From contig NC_135816.1 of NCBI RefSeq assembly GCF_964213995.1, positions 80,414,001 to 80,478,000 of the forward strand: 64,000 nt of DNA. The letters are read 5' to 3'. Each line of letters begins with the position of its first letter. Positions within the stretch are counted from its first letter, which is position 1. Below, piece by piece: positions 51,387-64,000 of this stretch. This DNA is from Mustelus asterias (lineage: Eukaryota). The position numbers were made by a program, and so were the translations under genes. The notes under the pieces are model-generated. The model saw nothing but the letters and a program-made list of their open reading frames with translations. It was not told where the DNA came from and searched no databases.

Positions 51387-51808
51387 CAACAAAGGAAAGT
51401 CTCAGGTAGACGGTTAAGTAAAATGAACAAAGAATGGAAATCTGAGCAAGGTCCAGTTCAGTAAAATTGAAGGACAGAGAGGAGACTCTGAATTAAACAG
51501 ACAGCTGCAAGAAACAGATTTAAAGTTGACTGTGTGAGAAACCAGACATCTGAAAGGCTCAAAATGTTGGTGACTCCTTATTATGGATGTGAGGCAGTGG
51601 TATTCTATTGGTGTGACTGAATCCCTGAGAGAGTCTGTGGAAAGCAAAGCTTGAATGCACATGGTGATCGAAGGAAAACTAAAAGGAGAGATTAAAAACC
51701 CTGGAGGTTTTTAATCCTTAGTGCAAGCTTCCGAGAGAAAGCGTGTGGGAGAAGATTCCAAACTGTTTCTCAAGAGCAGAGATTGGAATCCCTCAAGTGG
51801 AAGGAAAA

Positions 51809-52232
51809 AGGTCCTATTTTGCCATTTTGATTCTAAGTGCTGGACAGACTTTAAAGTGGGAGTGTTTCAGATCCGACTTTTAGACCCGTTCTGAGGTGCT
51901 CCCATACGCACTCTGCCTGCAAAAATATCAGCGATTCTGCATCACCATGCACAAGCTTGTGGGTGGGGCTTAACACGTCCAAAACTCAGCAGCTCCGATC
52001 AGCGCCTCCAACTGCGCATGTGCAGAAAATAAAATGATAGAATGCTGCTCCCCTGCCACATCCCTCCCAGGCTGGTTAATGCCTCCCCCTGGCCCCCACA
52101 GACATTGCCCCACCCCCCCAACATTACTGACCCCCTTATCCCCCCACACTCCCGCCAACCATACTGATCGCAGGCCTCTCCCCCCTTCTCTCCCACTGAT
52201 CTCAGTGGCAGCGGATCCCCTTTCACCCCCAC
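51809..52232. mobile_element. MITE-like element, left part
   Basis: Start complementary to the end at 12199-12213. Confidence 0.5.
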
Positions 52233-52239
52233 TGAAAAC

Positions 52240-55200
52240 AGATGGTTAAAAATTGGTCAAAGATAATTTTAACCTCCAACCTTCAATCATCATGTTGAGG
52301 TATTTGTTTCACTCTGCAGTGAGGGTCTCATGGAAGATAGTCTCTGGGTTCATGGCACGATTGAAAGGGTTAGCAGAGCTCTGTGGATTCAGTCCAACTT
52401 TGGGGGAGATGTTAAGAGACTGGTCTGTGGAATTAACAGCCTCACAGTACAAAAAATGCTGCTGGTTGAGACTAAAATCTCTTTGGAAAATGCCATAGAA
52501 ATGGCCTCGGTGACTGAATGTACTGAGCAGGACACAAGTGAAGTACAAGGCGTGCCTAATGAAGTGAACTGTCTGTGTCATGAAATGGCTGCTGTGAGGA
52601 ACAGGCCGAGTAAGGGTGCAGCAGAGCCTGAGAGGTGTAGTACAGCATTGGGGGTGGATGTTTGTTTTTGGTGTAGGGGAGAGCTCTCCCAGGGAACAAT
52701 GCAGAAATTATGTATGTTTCCGTTGCAAGAGGAAGGATCATTTACAGGCATGGTGCAAAATAGAGCACAGAGGACAGAACACACACAATAAAAACAAGTT
52801 AGTTTAGTACCGTTAGAGCACGTGTCTGAGGAGCCTGACAAGGGATCCGAAACTAACACTTTAAACCAGGTCCAACTCAGCAAGTTGTCACCTATAGAAT
52901 TAGCTTTGATGGTCAATGGCAGAATTCTTAAAATGGAGGTCAGCACTGGAGCCACAGCCACAGTCATAGGGGAACAAGCATTCAGCTGCTTTGAGAAAGG
53001 TTTGTAATCATTGAGGTTGAGTGAATCGGAAGCTATTTTGTCTACATCTACTGGAGAGATGCTGAAGACAGTTTGGTCAGTTATAGTAATGGTATCCGAC
53101 AGTAAATAAACAGCACAATTACCAGTTCTAATGATTGAGGGACACAGACCTTGTCTCATGGGTCAAGACTGGTTGAAACAGATAAAATTGGACTGGCTGG
53201 AGATATTGAATATTTGGGATGTAGGATTTCAAGAGCTATTGTGCAGAAACTCTGGGATTTTCCAGAAGGAACCGGGATGAAAAAAAAGGGCTAAAGCCAA
53301 AATGTTTTTTCACCCCGAGACGATGCCTAAATTCTTTCAAGCCCACAAGGTGCCTTACACACTCCATCATAAAGTAGAAGTGGAGCTCGGATGATTGGAA
53401 ATCTTGGGTGTCATAAGAACTATACAGGTTTAACAATCTGTGGGGATTATAAATTAACTGTAAATTGAGGAGCTCAGATAGATAGATACTTCATTCCAAG
53501 AATCAAGGACCTCTACACAAAATTAGCAGGGGACCTAAGTACACCAAGCTCAGATTTCAGTCACGCCTACTGGTAGCTGGAGTTGAATGAAGATTCCCAG
53601 CAGTTAGTTACCATCAACACTCACAACGAGTTATACCAGTACACACATTTACCCTTTGAAGTCTCATTGACCTGTGCCATTTTCCAGTGTATGATGGAAA
53701 GTTTATTGCAAGGCATTCTCAAAATAGTGATGTACTAGTTACGGGAGCGTCCCTTGAAGAGCACAGGGCAAACCCAGAAGAAGTCCTCAAAAGATTTTAA
53801 AAAGCTTGTGTCCGTTTGAAACAAGAGAAATGCACTTTCCAGGAGAATGAAGTTACGTACCTGGGCTTCAGGGTAGATGCCAAATCCTTTGGAGGACAAG
53901 GTTAAAGTGATAAAGAATGTACCACGCCGGCCTAAAAATGTACTGAAGTTAAAATTGTTCCTCGGGATGATAAATTACTACGGCAGATTCCTACAAAATA
54001 TGTTTACAATCTTAGCCCCACTACACCAGCTTTTGAGAAGCAAAGGTGATGAAAATGGAGAGAGGCATTTGCAAAAGTAAAGCAAGCCTTACAGTCATCA
54101 ACACTGCTTGTACATTTTGATCCAACCAAACCATTGGTAGTTACCTGTGATACATCACCATATGACGTGGGAGCAATCGTGTTCCACAGGATGTCAGGTG
54201 GAGTGGAGAGACTAATCACATTTGTGTCAAGAACCTTATCAAATGTTGAGAAAAATTATTTTCAAATTGACAAAAGAGAGTTGAGGTAATTTATGTGGTG
54301 AAGAAGTTTCATCAATCCACATATGGTAAGCATAGTATCAGATCACAATAGTATCAGATCACAATCCGCTTTTGGGTTTATTCTGAGAGGATAAACCACT
54401 GCCACCAGTCACCTCTGCGATGGTATAGAGATGGACTTCATTGCTAGCTGCAGACAGCTACTCTTTACAACATAGGCCAGGGGTGTAGATATTGAATGTG
54501 GATGCACTCAGCTGCCTCCTTCTGCTGCAGACCGTACCATCACCACCTGTACCACAAGAAATAGTGTTGGCGCTGCACCCGATCGAGACTTTGCCTGTCG
54601 CAGCTGCCCATATAAAAACTGGACCAAAAGGGATCTAATATGGTAAAAAATTAAGAGGATGCTGTTACAGGGTTGGCAATATGATAAGTCAGAGCAATAA
54701 GACCTTACCTGCAGCATAAGGTGGAGCTAACGTGTGAGGACAGCGTGTTATTGTGGGGGACTTGTGTTATCGTCCACTCCAGGGGGGACCACTTTTATTA
54801 CAAGAATTGCACAATGCGAACCCCAGGCAAATTAGGACGAAAACACGAGCCCAAAGTTACATCAATAAATAAATTGAAAGGATGCTCAGCCAGTCTCTGA
54901 GTTGTGAAACCCAGCAGTCACTGTCACCACCAGCAAATGGGAGCGGCCGGGAGGGCTGTGGTCAAGACTGCACATAGATTTCGCAGGACTGTTCATGGGA
55001 CGTATGTTCCTCGTCCTGCTGAATGCTCATTCAAAGCGGCTGGATGTCCAATTGATAAAGTCTACCACAGCCACATTCACAGATATTTGTCACCCACGGC
55101 ATCCCAAAGGTCTTCGTGTCAGACAATGGCACAACATTTACAGCGGAGGAGTTTCAGAAATTTACTAAGTTGGATGGTATTCACCATGTTTGGCCAGCCC

Positions 55201-55680
55201 CTTACCAGCCAGCTTCTAATGGTTTAGCAGAATGAGCTGTACAAATGTTCAAATCATCTATGAAAAAGCAAGGCCACTGTTTTACGCTTGGCAAATTTCT
55301 TGTTATTGAATAACACTGCGCCGAATGCGACCACACGGGTAATGCCAGCGGAATTACTAATGGGACACTGCCCGCGAACCCACTTGGATTTGGTATTTCC
55401 AGACTTGATGGGGTGGAAGGAGGCGAGGCAAACCTCCAAGAAAGAAAATCATGACTCAAGAAAAAGGGATAGCATTTTAGAAGCTGATGATTTAGTCTGT
55501 CCAGAAACTTTGCAGGTGGACCAGGATGGGTGGCAGGCAAAATTGTGGAAAGAACGGGACCAGTCTCTTATGTTGCAGAAGTACAAAGTCACCATGTTAA
55601 AAATTGTGTGGATCATTGAGGAATATATTTGGGCCTGAAACGGGATTGACAGACGTCACCTGCAGTGGACTCATGTATGT
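52240..55680 (+). mobile_element. Highly degenerate Gypsy internal region without recognisable LTRs
   Basis: RLVCGIN gag, MEVSTGA protease, FLGMINYYGRF, TCDTSPY, integrase SDNG/PASNGLAE remnants. Confidence 0.9.
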
Positions 55681-55699
55681 CAATTGCTGATCCAGGCAG

Positions 55700-56835
55700 A
55701 GAGGTTTAGGGAGGGAATCCCCGAGTTAGGACCCCAGGCGGCTGAAGGCACAGCCACCAATGGTGGAGCGATGGGAATCAGTGGGATGTTCAAGAGGCCA
55801 GAATTGGAGGAGCGCAGCGATCTCGGAGGGTTGTAGGAGCTGGAGTAGGTTACAGATATAGGGAGGGTTGTAGGGGCTGGAGGAGGTTACAGACATAGCA
55901 AGTGATGTAGGGGTTGGAAGTGGCAACAGAAATAGGGAGTGATGTGGTATCTGGAGGAGGTTACAGAGCTTGGGAGTGTTGTAGGGGCTGGAGGAGGTTA
56001 CAGAGATAGGGAGGGTTGTAGAGGATGGAGACGGTTGCAGAGATAGGGAGGGTTGTGGTATCTGGAGGAGGTTACAGAGATAGGGAGTGTTGTAGGGGCT
56101 GGAGGAGGTTACAGAGATCGGGAGAGTTGTAGGGAATGGAGACAGTTACAGAGATAGGGAGGATTGTAGGGGCTGGAGGAGGTTACAGAGATAGGGAGGG
56201 TTGTAGGGGCTGGAGGAGGTTACAGGGATAGGGAAAGTTGTAGGGGATGGAGACAGTTACAGAGATAGGGAGTGTTGTAGGGGCTGGAGGAGGTTACAGG
56301 GATAGGGAAAGTTGTAGGGGATGGAGACAGTTACAGAGATAGGGAGGGTTGTAGGGGATGGAGACGGTTGCAGAGATAGGGAGGGTTGCAGTATCTGGAG
56401 GAGGTTACAGAGATAGGGAGGGTTGTAGTATCTGGAGGAGGTTACAGAGATAGGGAGGGTTGTAGGGAATGGAGACAGTTACAGAGATAGGGAGGATTGT
56501 AGTATCTGGATGAGGTTAGAGAGATCGGGAGAGTTGTAGGGAATGGAGACAGTTACAGAGATAGGGAGGATTGTAGGGGCTGGAGGAGGTTACAGAGATA
56601 GGGAGGATTGTAGGGGCTGGAGGAGGTTACAGAGATAGGGAGGGTTGTAGGGGCTGGAGGAGGTTACAGAGATAGGGAGGGTTGTAGGGGCTGGAGGAGG
56701 TTACAGAGATAGGGAGAGTTGTTCGGGCTGGAGGAGGTTACAGAGATAGGGAGGGTTGTAGGGGCTGGAGGAGATTACAGAGATAGGGAAGGTTCTATAG
56801 GATGGAGGCAGTTACAGAGATAGCGAGTGTAGCAA
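55700..56835 (-). repeat. L2-like 3' end plus 37-bp minisatellite (inverse of 31800-32620)
   Basis: (GGGAGGGTTGTAGGGGCTGGAGGAGGTTACAGAGATA)n. Confidence 0.95.
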
Positions 56836-57417
56836 CTCAAGGTGACTCGATGTGGCAAGGTTTACTGAGTGAGAAACGAACTACAACTAATGATTTAACA
56901 GCACAATGATCGAGGTCTACTCCCGTAGCCCTCCATCCCGGGAATGCGTGCCCTCGCTCCCGATTCATCAGGTACCTGCGCTCATGCTCCATTGGTTTCA
57001 GCCAGGGCACATGGCCCACGAAGGATTGCCCGCTATCACAGGGAGATTGGAGTTGATTATTTCTCATCTCCCTCATCACCAGCCGCTCCTCAATTTCTTT
57101 TGCCTCACCCATCCTCAAGACCTTTGCTCTCCCAGAGTCCCCTCCATCTGTTCCCCATGTCCGTCCTCCTCACCTACAAGCCCCATTCCCTCTGGCCTCA
57201 CTCCCTATCCCTCAGGCACCACCCCATCTTCCAGTCATCTCTGACTAGACCCCATGATGCCTCCCAACTACTCATCAGCACACTCCAATCAGTCAACTCC
57301 ACCTCGGCACATGTGACCATCTGCCCTCACACGGGTTGTTGAAACACAAATCCAAAACATTGCCACAGGTTACCACTTGAGACAGGAAGGCATGATCAAA
57401 CTCTTGTTAAACTTCAG

Positions 57418-57737
57418 TTCAGAATCAGGCTGCCCGTCTCCCAGTAAATGGATCCCTGGGTCAGTCAGTCTCTCTATCTCCAGAGATCCCACATGGATTG
57501 ATGGATATCAATGTTTCTGAAAATGATCTGTGCCCAGACTCAGAATAGCAAGATACAGGAAGGACCATGTTGAATATTTCGGTGCTGAGGATTGCAGGAA
57601 ATGGATAAAACTTCATCCTGGGAGCTTCAGCCTGCAAATCAGTGACTTATAGAGAGCGGACACCAGGGATTATGAGGTGATTGTAACAGGAAACTCAGGA
57701 GTGGAAACTACAGAGAGATTCAAACTGGATGTGTACA
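57418..57737 (+). pseudogene. SLAM-family paralogue, IgV exon with a 1-bp deletion and three in-frame stops
   Basis: About 86% identical to exon 2; TGG>TGA, CGA>TGA, CAG>TAG. Confidence 0.95.
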
Positions 57738-58835
57738 GTAAGTGAGATTCTATTGGATGGACTGAGCTTCATTAAAAAAATAGGAAGAAAAGGAGGCCAT
57801 TCAGCCCCTCGAGCCCATTCCACCATTCAATAAGATCCTGTCTGATCAGCAACATCAACTACATCATCCCACCCGATTCCCAAATCCCCCAATCCGACTT
57901 CCATCTAAACACCTATCCATTTCGGTCTCGAAGATCCTCATCGAGAGAGAAACCCAAGCTCTCTCGGAGAGAGAATTCCAAATCTTCACAACCTTCTGAC
58001 TGAAGAACTTTCATCCTCATCTCAGTCTGGAATTGGCTGACTCCTTATCCTGAGATTGTGACCCTTCTAATTCTACCATTTGCAAGCAGGGAAGGAAGTG
58101 GGTAACAGCTTCTCAGCATCTACCTTGTCAAATACATTAAGAATTTTAACCATCTTGAATAATTCCTCATCTTCCCCATGTTAATAACTGAGTTGTTGCT
58201 CCAACCACAGTGTCCTGGTCCAGACATTTGTAAATTCTGGTCATTGTTGCTGAGATCAGAGAGGACAGCCTCAAATGGATTCCAGTCATCAGGGGATATT
58301 TTATTCTTCTATGAAATATGGGCATTGCTGGCAAGGCCAGCCTTTGTTACCCATCCTTAATTGCCCTTGAACTGAGCCACTAGCTGGGTCATTTCAGAGG
58401 GCAGTTAAGTACATCACTGCCGGCGTTCCTCAGGGTAGTGTCCTCGGACCAACCATCTACAACTGTTTTATCAATGCCCTACCTGCCATCACAAGGTTAG
58501 AAGTAGAGATGTTTGCTGAAGACTGCACAAGGTTCAGCATCAGTTGCGACTCCTCAGATACAGAAGCAGTGCATGTCCAAATGCAGTAAATTAATGTTCG
58601 TGATTGTCGTGAAAGACTGTGTAACGCTGTGTCCACTCCTCATATTGACACAAATGGCCTGTTTGAATTCAGTGGGACGAGGGGAACGGTTAAAATGGAG
58701 GATGAAGGAATGATCGGCGATCAGATTTTTCTCGTGGGTGTCTGAAGCGGGCGTGAGGGTGCTGGATATTGAGGTGACCCACAAGGGCCGATATTCCTTC
58801 CTCATGTATTTCTTGTCTTTCAATCTGAATATCAG

Positions 58836-59844
58836 AGCCTGTGACAGGAACAAAGATCAGCTATCAGATCACAGAGAACTGTAACATCACCCTGAGCTGC
58901 TCAGTGAAGATGTGGAGATGCTGGCGTTGGACTGGGGTAAACACAGTAAGAGTTTTAACAACACCAGGTTAAAGTCCAACAGGTTTATTTGGTAGCAAAT
59001 GCCATTACCTTTCGAAGTGTTGCTCCTTCGTCAGATGGAGTGGATGTCAGAGTCAGATGGCATGGTACATTGGGGAAACCATGCAGACGCTACGACAACG
59101 AATGAATGAACACTGCTCGACAATCACCAGGCAAGACTGTCCTCTTCCTGTGGGGGAGCACTTCAGCGGTCACGGGCATTCAGCCCCTGATCTTTGAGTA
59201 AGCGTTCTCCAAGCGTTCTTCACGACACACGACAGCGCAGAGTCGCTGAGCAGAAACTGATAGCCAAGTTCCGCACACATGAGGACGGCCTACACCGGGA
59301 TGTTGGGTTTATGTCACACTATCAGTAACCCCCACAGCTTGCCTCCTGGACTTGCAGAATCTCACTGTCTGAAGACAATACACATCTCTTTAACCTGTGC
59401 TTAATGCTCCCTCCACTCACATTGTCTGTATCTTTAAGACCTGGTTGGTTGTAGAGATTCGCATTCTAATCAATATTCTGTAACTTGATTTTGTGTCTCT
59501 GTGCCCCGTTTGAGGGCAGATTTCCACTCCATCTGACGAAGGAGCAGCGCTCCGAAAGCTAATGGCGTTTGCTACCAAATAAACCTGTTGGACTTTAACC
59601 TGGTGTTGTTAAAACTCTCACTGCTCAGTGAACACAGGCGACAACACCAGCTTCAGTTGGTGGAGGGGACAAGAGGCATTGAGTAATGACAGCATCCATC
59701 ATCTCTCTGAAAATGGACAGGAGTTACAGCTTCATTTCACAGCACAGATCGAGCACAATGTGTACAAGTGTGAGGCCAGGAACCCCGTCAGTGAAGACAC
59801 TGCACACATCAAACTGAGTGACGTCTGCAATGAAAACAAACCTG
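58836..59844 (+). pseudogene. SLAM-family paralogue, IgC2 exon (58836-58908 plus 59633-59844) split by a PLE
   Basis: Rejoined length 285 nt, the same as exon 3; about 96% identical. Confidence 0.96.
58909..59620. mobile_element. Truncated Penelope-like element with inverted pLTRs (hammerhead motifs at 59002-59038 minus and 59529-59565 plus)
   Basis: 12-bp TSD CTGCTCAGTGAA at 58897-58908 and 59621-59632. Confidence 0.96.
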
Positions 59845-59904
59845 GTGAGTGTCACAGAGATAGAAATAAGTAATTGCATTCAGATGTCACAGTCCAATTA
59901 TATA

Positions 59905-61582
59905 CTTGTCCTGGGAGTGTTTGATGAGGACAGTGTAGAGGGAGCTTTACTCTGAACCGAACCCTGTGCTGTACCTGTCCTGGGAGTGTTTGATGGGGAC
60001 AGTGTAGAGGGAGATTTACTCTGTATCTAACCCCGTGCTGTAGCTGTCCTGGGAGTGTTTGATGGGGACAGTGTAGAGGGAGCTTTACTCTGTATCTAAC
60101 CCCATGCTGTACCTGTCCTGGGAGTGTTTGATGGGGACAGTGTAGAGGGAGATTTACTCTGTATCTAACCCCATGCTGTACCTGTCCTGGGAGTGTTTGA
60201 TGGGGACAGTGTAGAGGGAGATTTACTCTGTATCTAACCCCGTGCTGTACCTGTCCTGGGAGTGTTTGATGGGGACAGTGTAGAGGGAGATTTACTCTGT
60301 ATCTAATCCCGTGCTGTACCTGTCCTGGGAGTGTTTGATGGGGACAGTGGAGAGGGAGCTTTACTCTGTATCTAACCCCGTGCTGTACCTGCCCTGGGAG
60401 TGTTTGATGGGGACAGTGTAGAGGGAGCTTTACTCTGTATCTAACCCCGTGCTGTACCTGTCCTGGGAGTGTTTGATGGGGACAGTGTAGAGGGAACTTT
60501 ACTCTGTATCTAACCCCGTGCTGTACCTGTCCTGGGAGTGTTTGATGGGGACAGTGTAGAGGGAACTTTACTCTGTATCTAACCCCGTGCTGTACCTGTC
60601 CTGGGAGTGTTTGATGGGGACAGTACAGAGGGGGTTTACTCTGTATCTAACCCCGTGCTGTACCTGTCCTGGGAGTGTTTGATGAGGACAGTGTAGATGA
60701 AGCTTCATTCTGTATCTAACCTCATGCTGTACCTGTCCTGGGATTGTTTGATGAGGACAGTGTAAAGGGAGCTTTACTCTGTATCTAAACACGTAATGTA
60801 CCTGTCTTGCGAGTGTTTGATGGGGACAGTGTAGATGGAACTTTACTCTGTATCTACCCCCATACTGTACTTACCCTGGGAGTGTTTGATGGGGGCAGTG
60901 CAGATGGAGATTTACTCTGTATCTAACCCCATGCTGTACATATTCTGGGAGTGATTAATGGGGACAGTGTATAGGGAGACTTACTCTGTATCTAACCCTG
61001 TAATGTACCTGTCCTGGGAGAGTTTGATAGGGACAGTGTCGAGGGAGTTTTACTCTCTATCTAACCCCATGCTGTACCTATCCTGGGAGTGTTTGATGGG
61101 GACAGTGTTGGGAGAGCTTTACTCTGTACCTAACCCTATGCTGTACCTGTCTTCGGACTGTTTGATGTGGACAGCGAAAAGGGAGCTTTACACTGTATCT
61201 AACCCCATAATGTACCTCTCCTAGGAGTGTTTGATGGGGACAGTGTAGAGGGAGCTTTACTCTGTATCTAAGCCCGTAATGTACCTGTCCTGGGAGTGTC
61301 TGATGGGGACAGTGTCGAGGGAGCTTCACTCTGTACCTTACCCCATTCTGTACCTGTCCTGGGAGTGTGTGATCAGGACAGTGTAGAGGGAGCTTTACTC
61401 TGTATCTAACCCCATTCAGTACCTCTCCTGGGATTGTGTGATGGGGACAGTGTAGAAGGAGCTTCATTCTGTATCTAACCCCGTGCTGTAGCTGTCCTGG
61501 GAGTGTTTGATGGGGACAGTGTAGAGGAAGCTTTACTCTGTATCTAACCCCGTGCTCTACCTGTCCTGGCAGTGTTTGATGA
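59905..61582. repeat. 69-bp minisatellite, about 24 units, degenerating towards the 3' end
   Basis: Same unit. Confidence 0.97.
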
Positions 61583-62303
61583 TGTTGTAAAGTGAAAGGT
61601 ACTCTGACTAATCTTGACCAGTTTGCAGTAACCCTGTGTAACTCAGGTGTGTTACGCAATGAGGTAGTCAAAGGGGACAAGAGTCAGGTAATGGTCCAAA
61701 ACACAACTTTATTGAACCCTTTAATCAAGGAAAAACAATGGGTGTGATCTTACAACCACTCCATACCAGTCAATCAGCATAGTGAGTTGGAATGTTTGCA
61801 TACATTGCCAAAAAACCTTTGCACCAGACGCCAAACAGTTTGGTATCTTCCCACTCTCCTTTTCATGGCGAGAGCCATTCATTATCATGAATTTGAATGG
61901 ATTTCAATACCATTAGCAAATCTGTACACTATCATTCCCCTCCCAAATGCTTCTAACCTCCCTGGAAGATGTCACGCTAGCTCGAATCACAGCTGCTCTA
62001 TAAAGCATGGTTCAGGCACAGCAAAGGAGATCGAGGAGCTGAGTTCCACTGATCACCAACCATCCTGGTGTGTGGGGGGAAGTGCGGGGTCTCAGCCACC
62101 GCCATGGAGCGGGGTGGGTGGGGCGCTTGCATGGTTGTGAGATTTGGGGCGGTATGGAGGGTCTTCAGGACAGGGTTGGCCCTGGCTTGGGGCTTGAGTT
62201 GCGCGATTCCCTCTGACCGCTGAATGACCCCTGAGGGGTCGCTTGTGAGGTTGACTCCCAATCCCACTGATGTCGCTCTGTTTACCCTGCCATCTGTCTG
62301 CTG

Positions 62304-63700
62304 TAAGAAGTCTCACAACACCAGGTTAAAGTCCAACAGGTTTATTTGGTAGCAAATACCATAAGCTTTCGGAGCGTGCTGCTCCTTCGTCAGATGGAGT
62401 GGTCTCTGTTCTCCAACAGTGCACAGACACAGAAATCAAGTTACAGAATACTAATTAGAATGCAAATCTCTACAGCCAGCCAGGTCTTAAAAGGTACAGA
62501 TAATGTGGTTGGAGGGAACATTAAACACAGGTTAAAGAGATGTGTATTGTCTCCAGACAGAACAGCTGGTGAGATTATGCAAGACCAGGGGCAAGCTGTG
62601 GGGGTTACTGATAATGTGACATAAATCCAACATCCCGGTTTAGGCCGTCCTCATGTGTGCGGAACTTGGCTATCAGTTTCTGCTCAGCGACTCTGCGCTG
62701 TCGTGTGTCGTGAAGGCCGCCTTGGAGAACGCTTACCTGAAGATCCAAGGCTGAATGCCTGTGACTGCTGAAGTGCTCCCCCACAGGAAGAGAACAGTCT
62801 TGCCTGGTGATTGTCGAGCGGTGTTCATTCATCCGTTGTCGTAGCGTCTGCATGGTTTCCCCAATGTACCATGCCTCGGGACATCCTTTCCTGCAACGTA
62901 TCAGGTAGACAATGTTGGCCGAGTTGCAAGAGTAGGTACCGTGTACCTGGTAGACGGTGTTCTATAAGACGTGCCGGATCATCGACACGGATGCCATCAT
63001 CTCACGTGAGAACACCATCTACCAGGTACACGGTACATACTCTTGCAACTCGGCCAACATTGTCTACCTGATACGCTGCAGGAAAGGATGTCCCGAGGCA
63101 TGGTACATTGGGGAAACCATGCAGACGCTACGACAACGGATGAATGAACACCGCTCGACAATCACCAGGCAAGACTGTTCTCTTCCTGTGGGGGAGCACT
63201 TCAGCAGTCACGGGCATTCAGCCTTGGATCTTCAGGTAAGCGTTCTCCAAGGCGGCCTTCACGACACACGGCAGCGCAGAGTCGCTGAGCAGAAACTGAT
63301 AGCCAAGTTCCGCACACATGAGGACGGCCTAAACCGGGATGTTGAATTTATGTCACATTATCAGTAGCCCCCACAGCTTGCCCCTGGTCTTGCATAATCT
63401 CACTGGCTGTTCTGTCTGGAGACAATACACATCTCTTTAACCTGTGTTTAATGTTCCCTCCAACCACATTATCTGTACCTTTTAAGACCTGGCTGGCTGT
63501 AGAGATTTGCATTCTAATTAGTATTCTGTAACTTGATTTCTGTGTCTGTGCACTGTTGGAGAACAGAGACCACTCCATCTGACGAAGGAGCAGCGCTCCG
63601 AAAGCTTATGGTATTTGCTACCAAATAAACCTGTTGGACTTTAACCTGGTGTTGTGAGACTTCTTACTGTGCTTACCCCAGTCCAACGCCGGCATCTCCA
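62304..63700. mobile_element. Palindromic Penelope-like element (about 660-bp inverted arms; hammerhead motifs at 62359-62397 minus and 63575-63611 plus)
   Basis: Arms 62304-62963 and 63009-63666; intact GIY-YIG C-terminal ORF 62957-63367; 13-bp TSD CATCTGTCTGCTG. Confidence 0.97.
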
Positions 63701-64000
63701 CATCTGTCTGCTGGACAGGCTCTGTGGCTGACTGCTGCCATCCCATCCCACGCCCCACTAACAGCAACAAGAACCAGGCCTGGCAGTTATTGCTCCAGTC
63801 AAGACAGCTCTGCTGGTGTTAACACAGCTCCTCACACACCATGGACTCTGCAGTGCTGCCCTCATTGGAAACCCATCTCGTGCTCATCACGAGGGTGCTT
63901 CCCCACCGTCTGTCTGAACTGCCAGCCGTCCCAGGAAGCCACTGCAGCCCACATCCTGTATAAGCTTCAGGAGTTCCCTATGGGGACCCATTCACAGCCA

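Noticed and set aside
59905-61582. Regular arrays as CRISPR, or their 23-aa periodic ORFs as proteins
   Set aside because: Contiguous tandem units with no unique spacers; 69 is a multiple of 3, which explains the ORFs; eukaryotic context
61740-64000. Host sequence around the palindromic PLE as a Harbinger transposon, or as the missing TM exon of paralogue B
   Set aside because: No recognisable motif or TM exon; insufficient evidence

Overview
Eukaryotic, repeat-dense vertebrate DNA. The repeat complement (HE1-type tRNA SINEs, CR1 LINEs, Mag-like Gypsy, Penelope-like elements) points to an elasmobranch (shark/ray); the species cannot be fixed from sequence alone. The ORF track does not assemble the main gene. 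By hand I assembled a complete 6-exon, 342-aa CD2/SLAM-family receptor on the + strand. Exons are 4681-4747 (signal), 10566-10886 (IgV, no Cys), 26463-26747 (4-Cys IgC2), 39036-39173 (TM, GC donor), 40150-40271 and 42054-42149; the last two each carry an ITSM (TIYACV, TVYDTI). An inverted paralogous IgV exon with an open frame lies inside intron 3 (29389-29697). A downstream pseudogene paralogue (57418-59844) has a dead V exon, and its C2 exon is nearly identical to the gene's but split by a Penelope insertion. The rest is four Gypsy elements, six copies of one Penelope family (carrying hammerhead-ribozyme motifs, often inverted ends and 12-13 bp TSDs), CR1/L2 LINEs, SINEs, MITE-like elements, a tRNA-Glu pseudogene, and 69-, 80-, 37- and 29-bp minisatellites. 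All alignments and counts were made by eye.
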